Shown: one piece after another, positions 48,736 to 57,297 of the stretch | Numbering within the stretch: the first letter of the stretch is position 1 | Layout: each line of letters begins with the position of its first letter | DNA from: Candidatus Pacearchaeota archaeon | GTDB taxonomy: Archaea; Nanobdellota; Nanobdellia; Pacearchaeales; GW2011-AR1 | NCBI GenBank assembly: GCA_050124795.1 | Contig: JASFEO010000002.1 | Span: 36,754-100,753 of the forward strand | Reading direction: 5' to 3' | DNA: 64,000 nt | Notes under the pieces: generated by a model | Database searches by the model: none | Seen by the model: the letters and a program-made list of their open reading frames with translations, nothing else | Told to the model about the DNA's origin: nothing | Translations under genes and position numbers: made by a program

Positions 48736-49553
48736 AAAAAATTCTTATTGCTACAGATCTCGACAGAACACTTCTCCCAAATGGAAATCATAAATTAAGC
48801 AAGGGCGCAATAAATTCATTTAAAATATTAATAAAAAAAACAAATAAAAAAATAATTTTAATCTATATTACAGGAAGAAATAAAACTTTAATTTTGCAGG
48901 CGATAAAAAAATACAATTTGCCAAAACCTGAATTTTGCATTTCAATGGTCGGAAGTGTGATTTACAAATATGAAAAAAATTCTCTTATCGAGGACAAAAA
49001 CTGGGAAAACCATTTAAAAAAATCTTCTAAAAATTTTAATTCTGAAAAAATAATTTCTTCTTTAAAAGATATAAAACAATTAAAATTGCAGCCAAAAAAA
49101 TATCTCAATGATTTCAAAGTTAGTTATTATCTAAAAAATAAATCATTATTAAAAAGCACTTTAAAAAAAATAAAATTAGAATTAAAGAAAAATAAAATTA
49201 ATGCAAAGGTGATTTATAGTTTTGATGTTAATAGAAAAATTGGCTTAATTGATGTCATGCACAAAAATGCAAATAAATTGTCAGCACTTTATTTCTTGCT
49301 TGATAAATTAAAAATCAAAAAACAAAACATTGTTTATTGCGGAGACTCTGGAAATGATTTGGAAATTTTTAAATCAGGAATTAAATCTATTTTAGTAAAA
49401 AATGCGTCATATGATTTTAAAGAAAAATTAAAAAAAGAAATTAAGAAAAACAAAAAAATGAAAATTTATTTTGCAAGGGGGAATTTCAAAAATCTAAACG
49501 GAAATTATGTTTCAGGAATTCTTGAAGGAATTAACCACTACAAATTTGTTTAG
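48732..49553 (+). CDS. HAD-IIB hydrolase, sucrose-phosphate phosphatase-like
   Basis: ATDLDRTLLPNG, ITGRN, GDSGND, GILEG; start at MKKILIATD overlapping GH stop. Confidence 0.82.
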   Translation: MKKILIATDLDRTLLPNGNHKLSKGAINSFKILIKKTNKKIILIYITGRNKTLILQAIKKYNLPKPEFCISMVGSVIYKYEKNSLIEDKNWENHLKKSSKNFNSEKIISSLKDIKQLKLQPKKYLNDFKVSYYLKNKSLLKSTLKKIKLELKKNKINAKVIYSFDVNRKIGLIDVMHKNANKLSALYFLLDKLKIKKQNIVYCGDSGNDLEIFKSGIKSILVKNASYDFKEKLKKEIKKNKKMKIYFARGNFKNLNGNYVSGILEGINHYKFV

Positions 49554-49953
49554 TCGGCCAAACATATTCCAAATTATCTGGAACTTCTTTTGAAAACTTA
49601 AAATAAAACTCTTTATCTTTTCTTAACAAATTACTTTTGTGTGAATCATGAAATTTTTTATCCCCCATCCATTTAGGTAAAATTATTTTTCCTTCTATAA
49701 TTTCTAATTTCATTGTGTTTTTGTAACCTTTTGAAATCCATAATTTAACTGCTTTATTAAAATAAAGTTTAAGTGCATTTTCATAACCAGCCCACATTTT
49801 AACAGCAGGATGATTTTTCCAGCCTTGCTTTTTTGTTCGTTTTAGTAAAATATTCAGAATTTGAAATGCTTCAACACGTTGTTTTCCAAGTCTTCGACTA
49901 TCAAGAACTTTTAGTGACTTTTTCAGATTTGGATATGGCATGAATGTTTGCAT
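49531..49953 (-). CDS. Pyrimidine-dimer DNA glycosylase-like (MSMEG_6728 family)
   Basis: MQTFMPY, LDSRRLGKQRVEAFQI, NHPAVKMW, SHKSNLLRKD, YVWP. Confidence 0.85.
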   Translation of the reverse strand: MQTFMPYPNLKKSLKVLDSRRLGKQRVEAFQILNILLKRTKKQGWKNHPAVKMWAGYENALKLYFNKAVKLWISKGYKNTMKLEIIEGKIILPKWMGDKKFHDSHKSNLLRKDKEFYFKFSKEVPDNLEYVWPTKQICSG

Positions 49954-50003
49954 AAAAATATCTTTGGATAATCTGATTAAAAAGTTTTTGATTGCTTAGA
50001 AAA

Positions 50004-50537
50004 TTATTCTAAATAAAATCCAATTATGAGAATTAATATGTTTACTATGACAATTAAGATATAAATTAAATTTCTTACAAATTCTCTGCCACTAATTTTA
50101 TTTTCTAATTCTTTTTTTTCACCAATCAATTTATTATGTGCCTCAATAAATTCTTTTTCTTTTCTCTCTCGTTCTTCAAGGAGTTCTTTATCACTTAGCG
50201 AATTCAAATAGGTTAGATTAATGTCTCCTTTTGAGAGGGCATTAATATTTGCTAAGACTATTTCTCTTGAGAGAGTTTCAAAGAATGTAGTGTCTGCTGA
50301 ATCATTTAAGGCAATTACAGAATTTTTTGTTATATCTGCAATAGCTAATTTTATTTTTTGGTTTGAAGTTAATAAGAGGTTCACTTCATCATAACCTTTT
50401 CTTTCATCAATATTATTTAATTGTTCATTGATCTTAGATAAATCCATATCTATAGAATATAGGATGATACAAGAGAGAATTAATAGGATAATTGATAGAG
50501 TAATACGTACTTTTTTTAGAGATGATATCTTTTTCAT
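50004..50537 (-). CDS. Hypothetical 2-TM coiled-coil protein
   Basis: Start at MKKISSLKK (upstream part of track ORF is tRNA). Confidence 0.6.
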   Translation of the reverse strand: MKKISSLKKVRITLSIILLILSCIILYSIDMDLSKINEQLNNIDERKGYDEVNLLLTSNQKIKLAIADITKNSVIALNDSADTTFFETLSREIVLANINALSKGDINLTYLNSLSDKELLEERERKEKEFIEAHNKLIGEKKELENKISGREFVRNLIYILIVIVNILILIIGFYLE

Positions 50538-50548
50538 TTGAATAAAAA

Positions 50549-50624
50549 TAGCGAGGGCAGGATTTGAACCATGCGACCTCCGGGTTATGGGCCCGACGAG
50601 CACTCCAGACTGCTCCACCTCGCT
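50549..50624 (-). tRNA. Initiator tRNA-Met(CAT)
   Basis: A1-U72, GGG/CCC in anticodon stem, CAT anticodon. Confidence 0.92.
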
Positions 50625-50664
50625 ATGTTAATTGATAATTTATCCAACTTTTAAAACTTTCTAA

Positions 50665-50736
50665 TGCCCCTGCGAAGATTCGAACTCCGATCGCCTCGAC
50701 CGCAACGAGGTATTCTATCCATTAAACTACAAGGGC
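50665..50736 (-). tRNA. tRNA-Arg(GCG)
   Basis: CCTCG-TT GCG GT-CGAGG; GTTCGAATC. Confidence 0.92.
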
Positions 50737-50780
50737 ATAAACAATTCTTAATTAAAACAATATTTAACTTTTATTATTCA

Positions 50781-50860
50781 CGCCCGCAGCAGGAATTGAA
50801 CCTGCGAGCCAAAAAGGCCACGATTTCCAGTCGTGTGCAATACCACTATGCGATGCGGGC
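50781..50860 (-). tRNA. tRNA-Ser(GGA)
   Basis: CACGA-CT GGA AA-TCGTG; variable arm; GCCCGCA/TGCGGGC acceptor. Confidence 0.94.
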
Positions 50861-50884
50861 ATAGCAATTTACAACCTGTTAAAT

Positions 50885-51259
50885 TTAAAAATCTTTAAAC
50901 ATCCCCAAATCATTAGCAAGTGAACCAATCTTTTTTCTAATCTCCTTTCTTTGCTTATGTAATCTTGCAAGTTCACTAAGTCTTCTTTCTTCCTCTCTTT
51001 GATTTGTCATTTTTTGATTAACTCTCATTAAAAGACCAGATTGCAGTCTTATATCTAATCCATCAGAAGATCTAAAGAAATGGATTGCTTCTCTCCACCT
51101 ACCATATCTATTAAGATATTCTTCACTATAGATATTCCCTCTGATAAATATCTTCCCTTCAGGAGTTTTAATATCATAAAATTTTTCAAAATCTAAAGGG
51201 AGTCCTCCGAGTTTGAGATTAGAATCTATTTGCAATTCCTGATAATTTTTCTGGCTCAT
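50885..51259 (-). CDS. Hypothetical protein
   Basis: 124-aa ORF with TTATATA box upstream. Confidence 0.55.
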   Translation of the reverse strand: MSQKNYQELQIDSNLKLGGLPLDFEKFYDIKTPEGKIFIRGNIYSEEYLNRYGRWREAIHFFRSSDGLDIRLQSGLLMRVNQKMTNQREEERRLSELARLHKQRKEIRKKIGSLANDLGMFKDF

Positions 51260-51358
51260 GTTCTTTAATAGTTATATCACTATATAAGTTTTTATATAAT
51301 AATCTTCTCAAAACTAAAACATCCAAATCTTTTTATACTCAAAATTTTTATTTTTTTA

Positions 51359-52030
51359 ATGAAAGAATTTGAACTTGGAATTGACGACGCAGGAAGAGGC
51401 CCTGTAATCGGCCCAATGGTTCTCGCAGGATGTTTAATTGACAAAAATACCGCAGCAAATTTTAGAAAACTCGGTGTAAAAGATTCTAAAGACTTAACCC
51501 ACAAAAGAAGAGAGTTGTTAGTTGGAAAAATAAAAGAGCAAGCTGAAACTTTTGAAATTGTTCTTGCAACACCAAATGAAATCGACGGAAACTTTAATGG
51601 CGGCTCAAACCTAAACAAGCTTGAAGCAAAAAAAATGGCAGAAGTAATAAACAAAATAAACAAAGGTTATGCAAAAATAAAAGTCATAATCGACTGCCCC
51701 TCTGTCACAATCTCTGTATGGACTGACTACTTAAAAACCCACATAAAAAATTTATCAAACTTGGAAATTATTTGCGAGCATAAAGCAGATAAGAACCACA
51801 TCTCTGTTTCTGCAGCCTCAATAATCGCAAAGCACATCCGCGAAATTGAAATGACAAAACTCAAAGAAAAATACGGACCTGAAATCGGCTCAGGATATTG
51901 CTCAGACCCTTTAACAATAAAATTCCTAGAAAAACACGCAATAAAACATGAACACGATGGAATCTTTAGAAAAACCTGGGCAACATGGAAAACAATTTGC
52001 CAGAATATAAATCAGAGAAAGTTGTTTTGA
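51359..52030 (+). CDS. rnhB: Ribonuclease HII
   Basis: GIDDAGRGPVIGPMV, GVKDSK, HKAD..VSAASIIAK, GSGY.SDP. Confidence 0.95.
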   Translation: MKEFELGIDDAGRGPVIGPMVLAGCLIDKNTAANFRKLGVKDSKDLTHKRRELLVGKIKEQAETFEIVLATPNEIDGNFNGGSNLNKLEAKKMAEVINKINKGYAKIKVIIDCPSVTISVWTDYLKTHIKNLSNLEIICEHKADKNHISVSAASIIAKHIREIEMTKLKEKYGPEIGSGYCSDPLTIKFLEKHAIKHEHDGIFRKTWATWKTICQNINQRKLF

Positions 52031-52034
52031 AAAT

Positions 52035-52484
52035 ATGTTTGAAATTACACCGCCAAAAACCATAGAAAAAAAATCCGATGGAGGTTATGATTTTTTTCAT
52101 GAAGAATTTTTCAAATTAATTGACAAGTTAGAGAATCAAATGGCTTCTTTAAGATTTTTTAACGCCCTTTATGATGAATGTTTAGGAGTAATTAATTGTT
52201 ATGGGATAAAAGTTGATTTTTTAGGAAGAGAAATTGCATTTTCAGTAGAAGACACTAACTTAGGATTGGGATTATATTTAGAACATCAAAAGAAATTTTT
52301 TTCTAGAGAAATAATTATAGATTTTAGTAATGAAAGTGATGGTATAGAAAGAATTCTTTGCATGAGTAAAATAAAAGATAATTTCTTTTCTCAATTAAGG
52401 CCTTATGGACTCCATTTTCAAAATGCCCGCGGGGATATATTAAAAGAACACAATTATGACAAACTTTTTGAAGAAGATAATTAA
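52035..52484 (+). CDS. Hypothetical protein (ORFan)
   Basis: 149-aa ORF between rnhB and smc. Confidence 0.55.
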   Translation: MFEITPPKTIEKKSDGGYDFFHEEFFKLIDKLENQMASLRFFNALYDECLGVINCYGIKVDFLGREIAFSVEDTNLGLGLYLEHQKKFFSREIIIDFSNESDGIERILCMSKIKDNFFSQLRPYGLHFQNARGDILKEHNYDKLFEEDN

Positions 52485-52547
52485 ATCTCATTTTTTAAAA
52501 TCTAATATTAATTAAAATTTTAAAAACCCCAACTCCCTTTCTTCTTT

Positions 52548-55406
52548 ATGACCTTTATAAAAAAATTAGTGATGCATGGTTTCAAAAGTTTTGCAAGAAA
52601 AACAGAACTCCCATTTACCCCCGGAATCAATGTTATCCTTGGACCAAATGGTTCAGGAAAAAGTAATGTTTCAGATGCTCTGTGTTTTGTCCTCGGTAGA
52701 TTAAGCATAAAATCAATGCGCGCAGCAAAAGCAAAAAATTTAATTTTCCTTGGAACAAAAGTTGCAGCACCATCAAAAGAAGCTTCTGTTGAAATTGTTT
52801 TTGATAATTCTTCAAATAGTTTCACAATAGAAGAAAAAGATGTTTCAATAAAAAGAATTGTAAGGCGCAACGGCCAAAGCATTTACAAAATAAATAATCA
52901 AACAAAAACACGCCAGGAAGTTTTAAGTTTATTAGCTCAGGCAGGAATTGACCCAAATGGTTTTAACATAATCCTGCAGGGAGAAATCCAGAACTTTGTA
53001 AAAATGATGCCAGAGGAGCGAAGAAAAGTAATTGAAGAAGTCGCAGGAATTTCAATTTATGAATCACGAAAAGAAAAATCATTAAAAGAATTAAATAAAA
53101 CTGAGGAGAGATTAAAAGAAGTCAATGCGATTCTTAGAGAGAGAACTGCTTATTTAAATAATTTAGAAAAAGAAAGACAGCAGGCATTAAGATTTAAAAA
53201 AATTGAAGAAGATATAAAAAAATTCAAGGCAAGTATTATTTTTCAGAATTTAAAATTAAAGAAAAAAGATTTGGAAGTTATCGGGGGAAATATTAATAAA
53301 AAAAATAATGAAAAAGAAAAAATAAAAACAGGCATAAAAAATTTAGAAAAGAAAATATTTGAGAACAATTCAAAAGTCGATTCAATCAACCAGACTATAA
53401 AAAAGCAAACAGGATATGAACAGGAAAAATTAAATCAGGAAATCGCCAACTTAAGAGCAGAACTTGCAGGCTTAAATGTGAATTTATCAAACCTTGAAAA
53501 TAAATTATCTTCTATAAAAAAGGAAAGAGAAGAATCAAAAAATTCAATTGAAGAAAATGAAATTTCAATTAGGGAACTAAAAAAAGAATCCCCGACTTTG
53601 GCAAAAAAAGAAAAAGAGGTGGAGGCAAAAAAACAAAGACTTGAAGAACTTGAAAAAATCAGAAAAAAGTTTTACATGACAAAGTCTGAATTAAAATCTT
53701 TAAGAGACAGAATTAGTGATAAAAAAACTCTTCTTCAAAATTACACAGATGAATCAGATTTTTTAATTAAACAAATTGAAAAAATTTCTCTTGAGTTGTT
53801 TGACAAAAAAACAAACAAGGAAAAACTTGAAGACTTAAAATTTTCATTAAAAGAAAAAAAAGAATTATTAGAAGAACTCAGGCGCGAAGAAATTAATTTA
53901 GAAAAAACTTCTTCAACAAATGAATATGAAATTGACAAGCAAAAAAAATTAATCGACACTGTTTCAAAAATGGATATTTGTCCCGTGTGCAAAAATAAAA
54001 TCACAAACCAACATGTTCATTCAATAAATAAAGAAACAAATGAAAAAATTTCCTCATTAAATAATGAAATAAAAAACTCTGATTCAAAACTAAATTTAAT
54101 CTACCAAAAAAAAGATATTCTCGATAAAGATATTGAAAGTTTAACTTCTGAAATTCAAAAAAGAGAATCTGATCTCATGAACTTATTAAATATTAATGAG
54201 AAAAAAAATCAAATTAAATCTTTGCATGAAAAAATTAATATCGCAAAAGAAGAATTAACAGAACTTGAAAAAATCGAGAAAAAATTAAAAACTAATTTTG
54301 ATGAAAATTCAAATATTGAAACAAAATATGAAACACTTGCAGTTGAAGTCCAGGAAGTCTCTTTGCGGACAAAAGAAAATTTAAATTCAGAAGTTTCATT
54401 TAAAGAGCGCGAACTTGAGCGAGCAAAAATTTCTCTAAAAGAACTTGCAAGAAATTATGAGGATTTTTCTGAAGAGTTAAAGGAAGTAAAAAAGAAATTA
54501 GAAGAAAAAGAAAAATCATTAAAATCAAAAAAAGAAAAAGAAGAAAAACTTTCCATGGAGTTTCAAAAATTAATTAGTGAGCGGGATTCTTATTCAAAAG
54601 AAGCCAGAGAAATTGAATTAAAAATTTCAGGCCAGAATAATTTAATCTATAATATTGAACAGGAAATTAATAACATGAAAATTGAAAATGCAAGAGTCTC
54701 AGCAGAAATTGAAAACTTTGAAACTGAAATGCTCGGGTTTCCAAATATTGAAATAATAAAACAAAATAAAAATATTTTATCTGAAAGGTTGGCAAAGGCG
54801 CAGGAAATAAGCTCCAGAATTGGTTCAGTAAATATGCGTTCTCTCGAAGTTTATGACTCAGTAAAAAAAGAGTATGACACAATAAGCGAGAAAGTCGAAA
54901 TAATTGAAAAAGAAAAATTAGGAATTTTAAAAATCATAAATGAAATTAATATTAAGAAAAAGAAAACTTTTTTGAAAACCTTAACAGAACTTGATGAAAT
55001 TTTTTCAAGAAACTTTTCCCAATTAAATGCAAAAGGAGTTGTGTCTTTAGAACTTGAAAACAGAAAAAGCCCATTCGACGACGGAGTAAACATAATTGTA
55101 AAAACAGGACATGGAAAATATTTTGATGTTAAAAGTCTTTCAGGAGGAGAACAAACTTTAGTTGCGCTATCCTTAATTTTTGCAATACAGGAATTAAAAC
55201 CATATTACTTTTATATTTTAGATGAAATCGACGCAGCACTTGACAAAAGAAACTCAAGTCGCCTTGCAGACTTACTAAAAAAATACATGCAAAAAGGACA
55301 ATACATTGTAATCAGCCATAACGACGAAGTAATCGGAAATGCAACAAATCTTTATGGAATTAGTATGCATGATGGTGTCTCGAAAACCGTAAGCCTTAAA
55401 GTTTAA
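52548..55406 (+). CDS. smc: SMC-family chromosome segregation ATPase with central CxxC
   Basis: GFKSF, GPNGSGKSN, LSGGE, LDEIDAALD; long coiled coils; CPVC at aa 478-481. Confidence 0.88.
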   Translation: MTFIKKLVMHGFKSFARKTELPFTPGINVILGPNGSGKSNVSDALCFVLGRLSIKSMRAAKAKNLIFLGTKVAAPSKEASVEIVFDNSSNSFTIEEKDVSIKRIVRRNGQSIYKINNQTKTRQEVLSLLAQAGIDPNGFNIILQGEIQNFVKMMPEERRKVIEEVAGISIYESRKEKSLKELNKTEERLKEVNAILRERTAYLNNLEKERQQALRFKKIEEDIKKFKASIIFQNLKLKKKDLEVIGGNINKKNNEKEKIKTGIKNLEKKIFENNSKVDSINQTIKKQTGYEQEKLNQEIANLRAELAGLNVNLSNLENKLSSIKKEREESKNSIEENEISIRELKKESPTLAKKEKEVEAKKQRLEELEKIRKKFYMTKSELKSLRDRISDKKTLLQNYTDESDFLIKQIEKISLELFDKKTNKEKLEDLKFSLKEKKELLEELRREEINLEKTSSTNEYEIDKQKKLIDTVSKMDICPVCKNKITNQHVHSINKETNEKISSLNNEIKNSDSKLNLIYQKKDILDKDIESLTSEIQKRESDLMNLLNINEKKNQIKSLHEKINIAKEELTELEKIEKKLKTNFDENSNIETKYETLAVEVQEVSLRTKENLNSEVSFKERELERAKISLKELARNYEDFSEELKEVKKKLEEKEKSLKSKKEKEEKLSMEFQKLISERDSYSKEAREIELKISGQNNLIYNIEQEINNMKIENARVSAEIENFETEMLGFPNIEIIKQNKNILSERLAKAQEISSRIGSVNMRSLEVYDSVKKEYDTISEKVEIIEKEKLGILKIINEINIKKKKTFLKTLTELDEIFSRNFSQLNAKGVVSLELENRKSPFDDGVNIIVKTGHGKYFDVKSLSGGEQTLVALSLIFAIQELKPYYFYILDEIDAALDKRNSSRLADLLKKYMQKGQYIVISHNDEVIGNATNLYGISMHDGVSKTVSLKV

Positions 55407-55504
55407 TCATGCTGTGCGATTTTCGGCGGAGGCAATTGAAAAAATCGCTTCGCAGGGACAGGAAGGGAGATTCTAAAGAACCGCTTAGGTTCTTTTGATA
55501 TGCA
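55407..55504 (+). repeat. Dispersed element family B, copy 2
   Basis: 90/98 identical to 11433-11530. Confidence 0.9.
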
Positions 55505-55541
55505 TGACGGAGTTAGTAAAACTGTTAGTCTTAAGGTTTAA
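55500..55541 (+). repeat. Second, synonymous copy of smc 3' end (MHDGVSKTVSLKV*)
   Basis: Same 13 aa + TAA as 55365-55406; 8 codons differ, all synonymous. Confidence 0.9.
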
Positions 55542-55607
55542 TTCAATGTCCAATCCAAAACCATTTCAATCCAATTTAATATATTAGAAAAAATTATTGC
55601 AAGCATT

Positions 55608-55943
55608 TTAGAAATTTATTTTTTTATCTATGTTATCTTTAGGTGCAGCAATTTCCTCAAGACTTCCCTCAGGGATTTTTCTAAATTGTGTCTCTTTTAT
55701 TTTTGATCCCAAAAGATAAAATATACATGGCGCCATAATCTTTACCCCTAAACTTTCCATGCTTTTGTTTTCTAAATAATCTCCTATTAGAGTAATCACA
55801 GCTCCTGATCCTCCAACGCCGTACACAAGAGGCTCTATTAATCTATAAAATCTATTCTTTGTTTTCTTATATGTCTCATTTATCATTTTAGAAATATTGG
55901 ATTTATCTTCCTGTAACATAACACGCATCATAGGCGCCTGCAT
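55608..55943 (-). CDS. Hypothetical membrane protein
   Basis: ORF with 2 hydrophobic segments; start uncertain. Confidence 0.5.
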   Translation of the reverse strand: MQAPMMRVMLQEDKSNISKMINETYKKTKNRFYRLIEPLVYGVGGSGAVITLIGDYLENKSMESLGVKIMAPCIFYLLGSKIKETQFRKIPEGSLEEIAAPKDNIDKKINF

Positions 55944-56193
55944 TTTTTAGTTCCATTGCTTTTGTTATAAAATCTTCTTGCTGATTGCCAAAATCTCTTC
56001 CATCATAATTTTCACGCATTTTTAATAAGATAAATTCAATCCCATATCCTAGTTTGCTACAATCTATTACTGAACTTAATATAGGAGGGAGTCTTCTTTC
56101 TTCTCTTTTGAATCTAGCTTCATCTAATATTTCAGACCCCAGATTGATTCTTTTTCTATCCTTCTCAGTTGTTCTAATCTCTGTTTTGTACAT
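55903..56193 (-). CDS. Hypothetical protein
   Basis: 96-aa ORF. Confidence 0.55.
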   Translation of the reverse strand: MYKTEIRTTEKDRKRINLGSEILDEARFKREERRLPPILSSVIDCSKLGYGIEFILLKMRENYDGRDFGNQQEDFITKAMELKNAGAYDACYVTGR

Positions 56194-56252
56194 TTTTGTT
56201 ATTATTATATAGTAATGATACTTTATATACTTTTCTATCCAAAAAATATTTC

Positions 56253-56711
56253 TTATGCACTCCTTCCACCAAAAGAGGGTTTATATCTTTTTCTTAATCT
56301 TTTAATTATCCCTTCTCTTAATTCGTTATACATTTTGCTATATTTCTTAAGTTCATTTGCATCTGTAATCACTTTTCTTTCATCTCCGGTAATTTCAACA
56401 ACTCTTTCAAGAATATCTTTTTTAAAGTCTGTATCTTTTTTTAAACTGATATTTGTCTCATTAAAAATATCTTCTAAAATATATCTTTTGTTTCCCTTTC
56501 TTGCAATCATCACATTCTTGTTTAAACTTTTCTTATCTTCAAAAGAAAATGCTCCTTGTTGATAAGTAATCTCATCAAATTCTTTAATATCTTTCATGCA
56601 GATCTTTCTATTATTTAAAAAATTATATCCAATAAGAATACTCGCGCAAGAGACTAACGCTGCTGCTATAATCCTGTTTGTTGGTTTTTTTAAAAATTCT
56701 ATGAGTGTCAT
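56253..56711 (-). CDS. Hypothetical protein with N-terminal TM
   Basis: 152-aa ORF. Confidence 0.55.
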   Translation of the reverse strand: MTLIEFLKKPTNRIIAAALVSCASILIGYNFLNNRKICMKDIKEFDEITYQQGAFSFEDKKSLNKNVMIARKGNKRYILEDIFNETNISLKKDTDFKKDILERVVEITGDERKVITDANELKKYSKMYNELREGIIKRLRKRYKPSFGGRSA

Positions 56712-56744
56712 CTTAATTTTTTGTTTGTTTAAATTTAAAGTTTA

Positions 56745-57226
56745 TCAATCAACAAAATTTACTTTGTAATCTTCTGGAAAACCCCCCACCACTTTTTTCT
56801 CAATTAGATATTTTGCTTTTTTATATTCAGGTTCTGTTAATTGTCTTGAAACTGTTTTAACAACTAAATTTTTAAGAGGTTCATTTTCAGGATCGTATTC
56901 TATTTCATCAATTTCAAATTGATTATATAAATCGTTGAATAAACCTGTTTTTTCATTACAGGCAAGATAAGGAAGTGTTCTATAAATATGCGCTGCTGAA
57001 TCAGGAGATTGAAATGCGCCATAGGTAGTCTCTGCAACTCCAAGTTTCTTGTTGCTCTCAAAATCCTCATATAACCATCTTCAGAACATTTTAAAGTCTC
57101 GGGGAGGGTTGCAGTTCCTCTTTGTCTGTTTAGGGTTCTGTTGATTAACTTTGATTGAAGACTATGTCTTTCTGATTTTTCTTCTAATAACTTAGCCAGT
57201 TCTTGTTTTGTTTTTTCGTTTGTCAT
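56745..57226 (-). pseudogene. Frameshifted ORFan
   Basis: MTNEKTKQ..CSEDGY shifts near 57070 into an open frame YEDFESNKKLG...YKVNFVD* (TGA 56745-47). Confidence 0.55.
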
Positions 57227-57297
57227 TTTAATAATTTTAATTTTTTAAAATAAAAAGGAGAAAGTAAATAAAATAAAAAAGAAAAAATAAAGGAAAA

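Noticed and set aside
50664-50864. 66-aa ORF in the track
   Set aside because: Antisense to tRNA-Arg and tRNA-Ser.
11433-55504. Element B copies as a second TR/VR pair
   Set aside because: Only four of eight differences are at A in copy 1, and neither copy lies in a credible target gene's coding 3' end.
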